Assembly: GCF_964355755.1 (NCBI RefSeq)
Contig: NC_092675.1
Span: 30,476,912-30,540,911, forward strand
DNA length: 64,000 nucleotides
Source of the DNA: Antedon mediterranea
Lineage: Eukaryota > Animalia > Echinodermata
Direction: 5' to 3'
Below, piece by piece: positions 41,101 through 54,500 of this stretch. A model generated the notes under the pieces. That model had not been told where the DNA came from. It did no database searches and saw only the letters and a program-made list of their open reading frames with translations. The first letter of the stretch is position 1, and the number at the start of each line of letters is the position of its first letter. The translations under genes and the position numbers were made by a program.

Positions 41101-44100
41101 CAACCCTGGCACTAGGTCAGGATTGAATCCCGGACCTTAGGATTGGAAGGCAAGCACGTTAACCACCAAGCTACAGCTCTTAAATGTATTATTGGTAAAT
41201 AAAAGTACATTTCTTTCTTCTTGATATATGTTGATCCGTTTAAGATATTGCATGCTTGTAATTTGTTTTAATGTTGAGTGATTTTTAATAGCACTGTACT
41301 ACTGATACCTTCTGTGAATACTACATTGTGAAGAACTAGAAAAGATCGTTTAAACTTACCTTCATCACATGTATTACCATGGAATCCTGCCGCACACGCA
41401 CAGCCAACTGGATCTGGAGGACACAGTAAACTCTGACAAGGAGACGAGCAATAAATACTACATGACCGACCATAATACCTGGTACTACATCCTATAATAG
41501 AATCATTTTCAAAAATAACAAATGTAACAATTTGTTTTTTGTTTAATATAGTACGTTATATTATTTACAATTGCAACAAATTCCTAATATCATATCGTTT
41601 TATTATAATTAGGTGTATTATTTAATGTCAGTTATCCTGACTTTTCAATGCTCAAGTAATTTTGCAATTTTATATATTTTATTCGAACTTTATCTTTTAC
41701 TTCTTGTTTGTTTGACGATACTTGTGTAAGTGGGCTAAGCCTATATATTTTTTTCGTAAAATTACATTAACACATAATACGTATTTTGTCTTTTTGTGAA
41801 TCACAAACTAAAATGAAATATATGTAAACTTTAAACTTACTTTAGATTACAATTTTACTTTCTGTTCGGAAGTTTAGCCACATCATTAATGACTTTGCCT
41901 CGACTAGTACAGTAACCAAGCAGGACCTTAGACAGTTTGAGAAACTTAACAAGAAGGTCGCAAAAGCAGACGCGGATATCAATTTCTTAAAGAATTGCAA
42001 AACGTTCGGCGTTTTTCCCAGATTTATTACAATTAAATTAGAATAATTAATTCGTTTTAAAATCTACCTGTAATCAAAATAGAATACAGTAATTACCTTC
42101 TGAGCAGTCAACACCTTTAAATCCTGCTGGACAGATGCATAACCCAGTCACGTGGTCACATATTCCTCCATTATAACAAACTGGACAATCGCCATTACAC
42201 TCTGATCCATGTTTTCTTGTAGGACAACCTATTGATTATCAACTATTATTTATTGACAACAAAAGTATTGTCCAGATTTAGCCTTTTTTGGTTTTTAATT
42301 TTTTTAATGGATTTGTAAAAGGAAACACATGTTTATTTGCCAACTGTATTAAATAACGTATACGTAATAATTCACCTCTGACAATCAATCTCATGATTGC
42401 ATGTTTTCCGTTTCTATCTTTGTAACATTCGTATATTCCAGCATCACTTGTTCTGACATTGTTAATAGTCACTGTATTTTTACCATTGCCATGTGGTATG
42501 CTAATGTTGTTTAACTTCCATTTTAATTCTGACGTATTTATTGTGGTACTGACTTGTAAAGTCACGTGATCACCAATACTGGCTGTAATAGATCGTTGGA
42601 GTGGAGTGACGTCAGCTATGGATTAAATAATGTTTAAAACTTATATGTGCAGATTAAAGCATTCTGGAGAAACAATGGCAATATACGATTGTATGTGGTT
42701 ATTTAAAATGATTTACAATTATACTTATACTCTTGAGGTAATTTGTAATTATTTCTGTTACAGGTATAGGTGTGCAACCTACTTAATTAATTATTATTAT
42801 ATTACGATTCAACTACTAAATAACCAATCAATAAATGCTAAATGGAATAACTATGTATATATCTCACCAGTTTTAGACAATATTATAAAAGGTATGTGTT
42901 GAGATCTTGAATCTTTAGTTGCGGAGGCAAAGAAAGCACCGACCTTTTGAAGGCCTGAACCATCATCGATACTGACGATGAGGGCAGTACGGTCACTTCC
43001 AGTGTATTGTTCAACTGTTGATCCTGTAGGGAACATAGTACCAGAAGGTACAGGTGTGCTTCCACTTGTATAATCATCACTCCACATCACAGGTCTCCCA
43101 TACAACCCAGTTCCTGTGTCACTTTCTCTTCCAAGTATTATATCAGTAGTTATATCAGGAAAAGTGGTATAACCCCCAAACATGGTTGATTCTATCGTAG
43201 AATCAATTTCCACGGTTGGATCTGGACACATAACGGTTAGATCAAAGATTCCATCTAAAACCAATAATTAATTATTAGTGAATTATTTTATTAATTTTTT
43301 TGTAAAATGATGCTTAAATATTTTGTTCAAATTAAAGATAGAAATTATTAAATTATACATAATAGAAAAGTGGTTGCCGTCCCGTAACCTCATTACTACT
43401 CGTGATTCAGTGTTTTAATTTCTCTGAAGAAAGATGAAAGAATATTAGTAAATTATTTTATTGAAGTTGTTATAAAAGTAATACGTATGCGCAGAGACTA
43501 CCTATATGTTGGAATAGTAAAAACGTTAAAATAGTGTAACATTAGCGTATTCTATGTTATATACTTACCATGCATAGAACATCTAACACCAGCATCCTCA
43601 TTATGACCACAGTTGTGAATTCCAATACCATTTGATGGACATTGATTCAGACCAGTCTCTGTACCAACACATGCAACATTATCCAGCAAAATAGCACCAG
43701 ATCCCTGACCAAAATAGGCACCAGAAAACGCTTTACTAATGCCTGTGTACGACAAAGAATTGCAGACAACGGTTGCATCTTGAACACCCCACGAATCATC
43801 ACAGATTGTCCCCCATTTACCCTGGTAAAATATCTCGACACGACCCTCTAAAGCTGTGTTACCTCCAACGAGACGAACTGCAAGATATATTTAACACTTA
43901 AGTAATAAAACCTCAAGTAGTTAATAACATTGCCCATATTTACTTATACAAACAACTTAACATTCCTGCTTATTAGATTTTTAAGCGCGGATTGACGACA
44001 AACTAAATAGATTTTAATTCCTTCTTCTTCAGTAAGGTCTTGAATATTAGAAGATTGGTGTAAAGAAAAATGTACTACTACTTTAGTTATGTTTTCGTTA

Positions 44101-47100
44101 ATGGCGATTTGATGAAAATGAGCCATATCAAAACACAAATATCTATCATTATGTAGACATAATTACTGTTTTGATCTTAACTTCTAGCACACTTTCGATA
44201 AGTTATCAGTGACGTGTTCTGAGGGAAGTAAAACTTGCACTGGACACAACAATTTTTAACGTCTTGGAACAAATATTTGATTTTATCTGAATTATTAAAG
44301 AGAGAAGGCACATTCTGTATTGTATTGCACTCATATACATATATTGCATAATAAAAAACATGACGTGCCTAAACACATTACTCCTAAATACCTTTAGCAC
44401 AATTTGGACCAATTAAACAGTCTGTCCTATGGTAAATTAAGATAAACATTTCAACAAATCCTTACCCGCCATAGAACATCGAACACCAGCATCCTCAGTA
44501 TGACCGCAGTTATGAGTTCCGATATTCCTTGACTGACATTGATTCAGACCAGTCTCTGTGCCAACACATGCAACGTCATCCAGCAAAATGGCACCAGATC
44601 CCTGACCGAAATATGCACGAGAAAACGCTTCACTAATGCCTGTATACGACAAAGAATTGCAGACAACGGTGGCATCTTGAACACCCCACGAATCGTCACA
44701 GATTGTCCCCCATTTACCCTGGTAAAATATCTCGACACGACCCTCTAAAGCTGTGGTACCTCCAACAAGACGAACTGCAAGATAATATGCAACACTTATA
44801 GTACAATATCGCCCTTATTTACTTATACAAAACAACTCATTATCCTATTTCTAAGCTCTATAAATAATGTTTTAAACAAACAAAAAATCTTCAGTGTAAA
44901 TTATGAATATGCGTTATCACTATATTTATTTCAGTTGAATTAAAGCTATGGTAACGAAGAGAAGAGTGAAAATACCACGAATATAAAATTGGCCTATTCA
45001 TTATTAAGTTTCTCTCCTTATTATCTAGGTACGTCAAATTCTGACCAAACTTATCCAATTATGAATGTAAAAATGTTATTAGAAGCATCATCTATATTCA
45101 TATAATATCGCCCAAAAGTTGTTACTATCTGTGAAACCGAGCTTTTAATTTATCTTTATCCTATCGGCTATGTTAATTCTGTTTTTCACTAGGCGAAAAT
45201 TCGCGCGAATTGAAAACGTTGACTAATGCGTATGCGTATTCATATTATTATTGTTATTATTATTATTATTATTATTGGTATAGTATTTTGTGACGCGATA
45301 AATTGCGCAACTAATCAGAACTCATGAATGCTCGATCCATACAAATTATTCGCCTAGTGGAAAATTGTTGTAATTTGTTTAATCATTTTTGTTTTATTAT
45401 CATAACATGTGATGGTAATGTGAATTTATGATAACGCACCTGGAATTCCACATCGAACACCTGCGTCCTCGCTATGATTACAATTATGCTTCCCCCACAC
45501 GTTATGGTCACACGCCGCTAAATTAGTCTCTTGTCCACCACACTCAACTTCATCAAGATGTATTCTTCCACTGCCAGCTCCAAAAATCCCTCCCTTTGTA
45601 GCCTCTATTGCTTTACTGAAGCCAAGCTGCCGACAGACTACATCGGCGTCAAAGCGGTCCCAGTTGTCATCGCATACTGTTCCCCATTCTTTATAATAGT
45701 AGTATTCGATACGACCTTCAAATGAGTTTAAGCCGTCAACTAAACGAACTGTAATATAGAAATGTATTTTAATTTTATTAAAGAGATCCCCTGAATATCA
45801 GTTAACTCACTGGGCCGATATAAACTGGAAGGGTTACCCTCTTTAAAGATGGTTGAATTTTGTAAAAAATAAAAAATGTAAGAAATAATAATAAATAAAT
45901 TATTGTTGTCTATTTGTTTTTATTTATTTCGGCAATAAAGAAAATCATTACAATAAACAAAAACAAGAAATAATTTAATTTAATTAATCAGTGTTGAGAA
46001 CTCTTCTTAAGAATAAAACAATACAATATATACAATTACTTAAATATGAAATAAGAGAGATACATATAACTCATAAAAACAATTATTCAAATTAACAAGA
46101 ACATTATTATGAAAAGTTAACCTCGTGAAAGGAACATAGTATAAGTTGTTTTGAAGAAAGAACATTCTAATTCATACAATCTAAAGAAGAATATTGAAAA
46201 CAAACAGTAGAATTCCAAATGTGGTCTAAATTGATGTCACAGAATCTATTTTTAGTTAGGATTACCACCGTCAAGTCATTGGTTTTCTTTATTTCATGAA
46301 TCAAAATGTTTTCAACATCAATACTCCAAATACTATAATGAATTAAAAGCACAGTGCTGGGTTTCCAAGAATAAATATTTGTAAAACCAGTATTACCAAC
46401 CTATTGGCGTACAGTAAGCTCCGGCATCATTGTTGTGTCCGCACGATGACGTCAGAACACTATGGCCACATAGATCCAATCGTGACTCATTACCAGTACA
46501 TTGGACACTAGTGAAGTGGATCGGACCGACTCCTTGACCAAATTCAGATCCAGTCACGGCAGAAAGAGCATCCGGGTAGTCTAATTGGCGACAGACGACT
46601 TTTGCATCGTTCTGGTCCCACCCGTTATGGCAAACCGTACCCCATTGACCGTCCTTAAATACTTCAACACGACCCTCACTTTCTAGGTAGCCTCCTACCA
46701 ATCTAAGTGTAACTGGAGAGAAAAATTAAAATGCTTAAATACTAGCCAAGTAGCACATCATCAAGGAAGATTATTTCAATTTATTTCGATTTTATGATTC
46801 AGGAGGCTAGTAGATTATCGTAAATGCCTTCATCATTATCTCAGATTAAAATGAAAGACTGTTATATCTGTATCTTATAATAATTTAAATAAACATCAAA
46901 ATACGTGCACTACACTGTACACACTTTTCATGTGAAACAATAATCTTCAGACGTTATGTTTGGTTTTGAATAGTTTAACACTAGCCATATAATATAAAGA
47001 ACACAAATGCATTAGTTATGAAATAAATACAGTAGTATGATCTTACAATTTCTGCAAATCGCACCAGCATCTTCTTTGTGACTGCAACTATGCACATTCA

Positions 47101-47798
47101 AACCACGGTTGCCACAATCAAGGATATTGCTCTCTGATCCAGAACACGCTACCTGATCAAGCAGGATGGGTGAGGCAGCATTTCCAGGACCATATGCGGC
47201 ATAACTTGGAGCTCCAGTGGCTTTTACATATCCTAGCTGACGGCATACTACTGTCGCGTCCTGCATATCCCAACCATCGTCACAAATCGTTCCCCATTCG
47301 CCGTTATAATAGAGTTCAACGCGTCCCTCATTTTGGCTTGGACCACCAACGAGACGAATCTCTTAATGAACAAAAAAAAATGTGTTTTTTTTTAATTTTG
47401 GCATAATTTTATTTTATTTTTACTTATAAATATAGGGGAAGAGGATGAGGCAGGAAACAATATCCTTACATTATTATTATTATTTCTTTTCTCATATTTG
47501 TTTGATGGCCATCCCAAAATTAGTCGTTACGGCATTACGAAAATCTACCTGTCTTATTTTTATTTTAATAATACTAATAATTTAAACAAAAACAGCAAAA
47601 GTTTCTTTACAGGTACAGTTTACAGTGTTTTTATTTTTAAATGATAAATAAGTAATAAATAAATGAAATGTGGGTGTACCAATTCTAGGCTATGGCTGCT
47701 AGTTTTGAAATACAATGCAGATTAAACTTACCTGTTTTTACCGTATCAAGCATAACAATCATGAAAAAGATCACATAACTAATTCCTAATTGTGACAT
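28817..47798 (-). CDS. Paralog A: receptor-type tyrosine phosphatase, SP - SRCR x5 - Tie-like Ig x2 - EGF-like x4 exons - FN3 x5 - TM - PTP D1 - PTP D2
   Basis: Exon 1 is 47732-47798 ([22 protein letters not shown], single donor). SRCR exons ~47047-47361, ~46400-46712, ~45441-45749, ~44467-44777 and ~43569-43877. Ig-like exons ~42868-43254 and ~42376-42615; EGF ~40392-42228; FN3 ~37073-40231; TM ~36847-36919. The PTP exons (28817-~36040) are nearly identical to B. Last exon 28817-28891. Confidence 0.9.
29054..29375 (+). mobile_element. tRNA-derived SINE, near full length, inserted in the last intron of paralog A
   Basis: A-box-like GTGTGGTGA and B-box GGTTCGAATCC, a CORE-like central domain (TCCTTAGGCAAGATACTTTAC...CCACCCAGGTGTATAATTGGG) and an (ATT)n tail. 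Absent from the same intron of B (~6070). Confidence 0.8.
32089..32497. mobile_element. ~410-bp insertion with terminal hairpin and microsatellite (Helentron/DINE-like non-autonomous element)
   Basis: Absent in paralog B (~8665). Starts with the palindrome AGGTTATATGCAT-GAT-ATGCATATAACCT followed by (TTTA)n. The family assignment is inference. Confidence 0.55.
34960..35160 (-). mobile_element. Degenerate SINE, paralogous to 10950-11155
   Basis: Same sequence at the same intron position in paralog A, so the insertion predates the duplication or homogenization. Confidence 0.7.
39258..39299. repeat. Perfect 20-bp palindrome (possible collapsed MITE) just inside an FN3 intron of A
   Basis: AACCATAGAGATATTATAGT-TC-ACTATAATATCTCTATGGTT. 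Absent from paralog B (~16370-16395). Confidence 0.85.
41050..41175 (-). mobile_element. tRNA-derived SINE head (second family)
   Basis: Minus strand GTAGCTTGGTGGTTAACGTGCTTGCCTTCCAATCCTAAGGTCCGGGATTCAATCC contains A and B boxes but no full acceptor stem, followed by non-tRNA sequence. Confidence 0.55.
41830..42032 (+). mobile_element. Fragment resembling the N-terminus of a Penelope-like retroelement ORF
   Basis: Translates as ...[35 protein letters not shown], resembling the LR.YEK...K...DI.FL..C....V.PKF pattern of Penelope-like ORF N-termini. Recognized by eye. Confidence 0.55.
43940..44400 (-). mobile_element. Possible highly degenerate Penelope-like (GIY-YIG end) fragment
   Basis: Broken frames ending ...[31 protein letters not shown], loosely resembling the E.I.I....P.LN....L.LF C-terminus of Penelope ORFs. 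Confidence 0.3.
45182..45364. mobile_element. Short MITE-like element
   Basis: Imperfect TIRs TTTTTCACTAGGCGAA / TTCGCCTAGTGGAAAA around an ~150-bp core containing (ATT)n. Confidence 0.5.
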
Positions 47799-48618
47799 AA
47801 TGAGCTTTAACCGTCATCCAGTAATTGTTTTTGTTTATGTTTTTTCTCCAAAAAACAATATAATTTGTAAAAAGCTAGTCACTCTGAATCTAACTATTAC
47901 CGAGTAACATGAAACGCGGAAATGCAAACGATTTTACATTTTGTTGCGAAATACGCTCTAAACTATTAACAGGAATTAATATTTAAAAATGATGAAGTTT
48001 GATGAAGATTAGTAATTACATTATTAAGCAAACAACTAAACATTTCAACAATGACATTTACTCGTCGATTAAGGAAATAATTACATGAAATATCGTTAAA
48101 TCAATAATATAAGTGTTGGCCAATCAAAGTGTGCTCATTACTTCATGTCAATTTTTAGACTGAATGTATTGACAAAACTGACAATTGACAGATCATGTTT
48201 TATCGTAACAGAGATATTGTCCCAAGATAAAAGTCATACGATATGACCACTTAATGTACTGCTATTGAATTTAATTATTGCTGTGAGCTAAACATTGTAT
48301 ATTAACTAGATCTATAGTATTGTAATAGTCTGCTGTAACTATACTGTGGAGTAGCTTTGCGTCAGGGTGTTGAGTCAGATATTTTGCCATACCATGAGGT
48401 AATTTGTACTTTATACTAAGTACATTGAGAACACTTTTCACAGGTGGGACTATTCTCAATGTACTTACTATAAAGTACAAATTACGTCAGAATATGGCAA
48501 AACATCTGAATAGATATTTAGTATATTAAATATTTGTTTATATTTTATTTATTCATTATGTCGATCAAATGGATCACACAAGGATAAAAACACAGAAATG
48601 TACAACAAAACAACTTAT

Positions 48619-48702
48619 TCGTCGTCGTCGTCGTCGTCATCATTATCATTATCATTATCATTATCATTATCATTATCATTATCATTATCATTATCATTAT
48701 CA
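48619..48702. repeat. Compound microsatellite (TCG)n-(TCATTA)n
   Basis: Directly visible; intergenic or in the 3' region of gene D. Confidence 0.95.
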
Positions 48703-49325
48703 AACAACAATATTAAACCAAGCAAACTAGACGGCACTCCGAGAGTGCATACGCTACCTCCGTCTAGGCTTACTGTAAAAATTGTCCTACATAAAACAAT
48801 CTCCATCGGAACCCTTTTTTATTGTGTTTTGTAAATTAATTATACTTGGATGTGAGTTTGGTGTAATGGGTAACCATCTAGATTTATATTTCCAAAACAT
48901 ACAAATAAACCATGGCGTTATAGTGCATAAACCTATGATACCTTAAAACATCTAGATGGTCTAAAGTATGTTTCTGTTTTAAGATGTGTGATACCAACAC
49001 TAAACCCAGCCTAACTACACTCGAGAAAACCCAAGATTCAAAAGCCTACACAGAATCTTTGAAACGTATAACGGAACTTAAGTACTTTAGATTAAGGTAA
49101 CCTTAAACTAATAATTTAATTCTTTTAAACAAATTTTCTGGTAATATATCAATGTCTTTTTATTATGTATGACCTACCATGTTTGTACCAGGTAAGGCTA
49201 TATTTTCTTAACGGTGGTAGTTATGAAACCATATATATGATTTATTTTTTATAAACTGATTATGACTAAAACCAAAATATCTTGCTCATTTAACACCATG
49301 AGCCAAGTATTTTCATTGGCCAATG

Positions 49326-51571
49326 TTAGTAAGAAAAGAAAAATGTGGATGGCGTTACTAGATTGCTTAGAGAGTATATTTGTTGACGACGAACATTTTG
49401 TACTTTGACTAGAATTACTTTCACGTCTCCTGCGTCAATGTTACTTATCATGTTATTTTCTGGAATAAAATAATTAGGTAAATTTCTTTTCTGCAAAAAG
49501 TGGATAAGAAAATTTTGAAGATCTAGAAATCTATCACCCAGATTAGAATCTATCCAATCAGTTGGAGATGTTCTCTCACAAAGCCAAAACATGGTGGTCT
49601 TCATGTGATAGGAGGACAGTACCTTCGGTTCCTGTAATGAAAATAAATCAAATATAATACTCCATTAAAACAATCAATATCGAATTTGAATTCATAGACT
49701 ATATCGTGTCGTCTTCCTTCGCCATCTACATAAAGTGGTTCATTTTAAATATAAACAGTTAAAAAATTACCTAGCTTAGTTCATAGTCAACATACCAAGT
49801 ACTAGTATTGTAGTGTTGAAGTCTAAATATTCTTTACTATCTTGTATCGTGCAACAACGGTACAATTAAGTGACATTTATTTTATTCACAATTCAAACTC
49901 ACCTTAAAGTGTCTTCTCCAAAGTAGCTTGAAAATCATGTAACATTTACGTTGTTGGTCTGTAAATGTGTGTGCCAACGTACGTTCTGCCACAGAAAATG
50001 ACAACCGCCATTCTAAGTCGAGTCCTTTTCCACCAGGATAATATTTTGGAACAATATGGTAGCCGTCTGCAATAATCTTTTCTACAGTTGTCTTTTGAGG
50101 CCATTTTCGTTGTCTTGATACCCAAGAATTGGCAATGGTAGGCCAATTTACTCCATTCAAAGCGATAGCTACATCAACTGTTTGGTCAAACTGTAGTACT
50201 GAACCTGTGACATTGTCAATCAATACGCATTTTTAGGTACATTATTGTATTTGTCTATCGGTGGGGAATTAATTGATTTGAATATATACAAACTATGAGG
50301 ATTAAGTATCATTTACTGGATACTTTTTTGAAGTGTTCTTAATTCTGTTCTTCTTGTATTTGTATAGTTTGGGTATTGGACCATGTAGCAGGGCTTTCTA
50401 TAGGCCTAACAATATATATTTTAGGGTTTTTTCTCTGCCTTTTTCTTAACCTACCGGTACGGTATATTCCACTATATCTATCTCAACCTCAATTTGTATA
50501 AGTTGTTATTAATCTGTCGACGATTTCTTGAGTGTTGTTAAAAAGTAAACCATGGGCCAACTGATAAAATCATACTAAGGAAGCATTACAATTCTGGTAT
50601 CATAACTATGAATAATTTGTTTAACCTACCAAATGGTTCTTGTGATTCGTAACAAACAGAAATTGTTTGTACGGGTCCTTCTTGAACAAGTCTCAGTTTG
50701 CCTTTAAACTCATCTACTTTATTGTTTTCATTCCTAGTAAATTCAGACTGAACGGCTTTGAGTCGTCCTCTGGTATATTGCTCTTGGATACCTAATAGTT
50801 TCGAACGAGTTAAAAGCATTTCACCACTTGAAGATCTCGCACAAAGATGCTTGGTAAATCCAAGGCTCGTGTATGATTGAAGACTCTCTGGAATAAATAT
50901 TGTTACGTAACCAGAATGAACAGACGGACGCCATGTAAAAGTAGGACACTCTTGACGTTGTTGGCGATTTCCAATATCTTCCATTTCTGTTATAAAAGAT
51001 TTTTTGTGAACATCTTCTTTTTCTTCCATCATTCCTCTGGGTACGTCATTAGCAATCGTAAATTCTTCACAAGTTGTATTATGAGGATCTTCGGCAGCAA
51101 TAGCAAGAGGAATCATCAAGTCCATTTCATCGTCTACGTAAGACATTCCAGGACCGCTGTTATCTGATATTGCAAAGCCTTCGCTCGTGCTGCCTGTCCA
51201 TACAATGCCACTCATATCCTTGATGTTATCAAAGCATGGTCTCATCAACTCAAAAACCTGCTGAAATCGTTTAGGCAATGTATTTGTGTTTTCTGGCGGC
51301 GTACTATGTTTCTGAAACTTTGCTAGCATTTCACTTTGAATCCGAAGAATTGTTGTTATAAATGCCACGTGCTCGTTTGAAATCGGATCCACTCGTGTAG
51401 CGGGATCACTATGTATTTTATACAAACTTACAGAACGTTTGATGACTGTCTTTATGTCGATTTCATTCAGATATCCTTTTCGAGACCTCTGGTTAATCTC
51501 GTCGTATTCAGCAGATGAATTTTCTGCTTTCTTAAAAGCTTCTGTCAAAAAGCGGTCAGACCACCTTACAC
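49326..51571 (-). CDS. cGLR/Mab-21 catalytic domain of gene D (3 exons)
   Basis: Motifs align with cGAS GS..E-x-D..D, WRLSFS, SSYHVKT and YFIPE.N. No zinc-thumb H...CC insertion. Confidence 0.92.
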
Positions 51572-54500
51572 CTGAATATGAAACATATAAAGTAAGCTAA
51601 ATAGGAGCTTAGTGAATGTATTGTTAGATAGGGCATATTACGTTTGCGTTTATTTCCGCAATAACTTAATGTGACACTATAGAACAGACTGGTGTTCTAT
51701 ACTAACATTTATGATTATGTGAACTAGTGCTGTTCCGCCGCACTACTATCAAATCGATTTTGAACAATACCATGAAAGAGACTCTTTAACACACTCGGCG
51801 TGGTACGAAACAGCGCTAGTTTCTTAATTATTATAATAACAATATTTAAAAACAAAAACTCACTTTTCATTCGGTAACCAGTTTTTGAACTGCGTCCACC
51901 TTCATTTAAAAAGAAAAGATAATCAAATACATAACAAATAATATAAATAAAAAACAACGCCGATGCCACCCACTCAATCGGGTAGTAAACTAAAGCATGT
52001 TACCTTTCCGTGTTGTTTCTACTTTTGCTTGATGACTGTAAGTAAACATAGTCTTGCCCTTTTCTGATGACACGTTTTTAACTACTTTTATTCTGATCGC
52101 ATATAAGGTTCCTGGACTGAGGTTAGTTATCTCAAATTCCGGTTTAGTACTTCTTTCGTCCACTGAACCAGCTTCTGTGAACTCTGACCTAGGGACAGTA
52201 GTTTTGTATTCGACGACGAACTCGTCGATTTGCCGTTCTGTACCACAGTCGTCATTACTGACGTCATAAGCAGGCCAATATACACTGATTGAGCTATCCG
52301 TCTTATTCAATAATTTTGGCGCTGACAACATTGGTATAGCGTCTGTAAAAATGCAATCGAATATTAATTATTATTTTATTCTACTTTTATGAACAAGTCA
52401 ACACTTGTAGATAGACTTTACGATTTTGTGTATATTACGTTGTATAATTGAACTCCGACAATTTTTACGCCAAATATAATTACTATACAAAATAAACCTA
52501 CATCTACAGCAGACAATCATTACTAAACAATTAAATGGGATAGTATACATAAATTATAATGCCTAACAAGAGAGGACGATCCACTTGCGTTGAAAACGAC
52601 GCAAAACAATGTGTGCTGAAGCTGCTTCAACCTTCATTTAAAAAGAAAAGATAATTGCTTAACAATTAATTATAGACAAAACAACGCCGATGCCACCCAC
52701 TCAATAGGGTAGTAAATTCAAGCATGTTACCTTTCCGTGTTGTGCCTAATATTGCATTAGGACTGTAAGTAAACATAGTCTTGTCATTTTCTGATGACAC
52801 GTTTTTAACTACTTTTATTCTGATCGCATAAAAGGTTCCTGGACTGAGGTTGGTTATCTCAAATTCCGGTTCAGTACTACTTCCGTCCACTGAACCTGCT
52901 TCTTTGAAATCTGATCTAGGGAAAGTAGTTTTGTATTCAACGACGAATTCGTCAATTTGCCGTTGTGTACCACAGTCGTCATTACTGACGTCATAAGCAG
53001 GCCAATATACACTGACTGAGCTATTCGTCTTATTCAATAATTTTGGCGCAGATGACAACATTGGTATAGCTTCTGTAAAAAATGCAATCGATATTAATTA
53101 TTAATTTATTCCACTTTATGAACTACACAACTACTATGAACAAGCACTCAAATTTTCCAGTCGACGTACCATGCAGTCGGCTAGCGCATGCGCATAGCAT
53201 AACAATGCCGTAATAGGGAGCAGTTGACATAGTCGACGTGAAATTCTTGCTTTTAAAACGTCGCGAAATAATGTGTGCTTGAAAGGCCTGGCCTTCTATC
53301 TGCCGAATCTGTCGTAAGCAGACACTTGTCCGGACCTGAGGATGTTGAACTGTAAAATACATCAAGGAAGTAAACTCACTACTTTCTCGATAAATGTTTT
53401 TCAGGTTAGGATTTTTATCTTCATTAATGAAGTCAAGTCCATAGGGTCCTCGAAGGCGTGACAATGACGTAGACTTTCCACCAACAACCTTAACAGAAAA
53501 TTGTTCTTTGAAAAGAGAAGAAAATGTCATATCAAATATCCTAGTAATTATAAAAAGTATGTAGACCTAAATGAAAGATTGGGATAGCGTGGTATCAAAT
53601 TTAACACAAGCAAAAGGCCCTATTTTTTGTCTTTAAATCCATCCGATGTGGTATACTGTATAGTTGACTCAATATTTTACTTTATGATTAAATATAATCT
53701 AATGCATTATATTTACCGAAGGGTTCATCATTCGTAGTGTCAGGTGATTCTTGAAGAATTATTTGTCCAATATTTTCGGTGATTGATACTTGTACGCATT
53801 TTCCACTTGTCGCAACTAGTGCATACACAGCTAAACATAAATCAATGAAAGGCGTATTATTATCATTATCATCATCATTATTAATATTATTATTAATGGT
53901 CTTGTTTGTTAAATTGTTTAATAAATAATTTCCTGTAAAAAGGAACCATAGTGTACATAAGGACAAAGAACTGTAACTGAAGATAAAATTAGTACTTTTG
54001 TATCTTAAGATCTTATTTTTAATTAACAGATATGTTTTTCAATAATTTCAGTTGTAATGTAATGTTGAGATTTTCCAAATAAATTCAAATTAGGTCAACA
54101 ATAATCATATTCATCCTTTAATGGGAACTCACCTCCAGGAATATTCCGAAATGCGATGCCTTGATATTTCCCATTATATAGAAAAGCCAAAGTACCGTCT
54201 GGATGTAAAACAAAGCCTACTTTATCATCAACTTGAATATTTCTTAGGTTTAGTTTGTACCCTCCACCAATCGTTTCAAAATTACAAAAAAGGATATTGT
54301 CTCTGAAAACAGAATTGTGTATGAATCGTGAGATACACATATTGAATACCACAATTCATTTACAGTAAATTATTTTTTCATTACAATATTTTATTTATTT
54401 CAATTGTTTATTGTTATAAAAAAAAATATAGTGCCATGTTTTTTTATTTATGATAATACATTGTTGGGATCCTACAATTAAAGCTATGCTTACAGAATGG

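Noticed and set aside
41100-41175. Possible tRNA gene
   Set aside because: A/B boxes are present but the acceptor stem does not close; better explained as a SINE head.
48598-48834. SL-repeat and DN-repeat ORFs
   Set aside because: Translations of the (TCATTA)n microsatellite.
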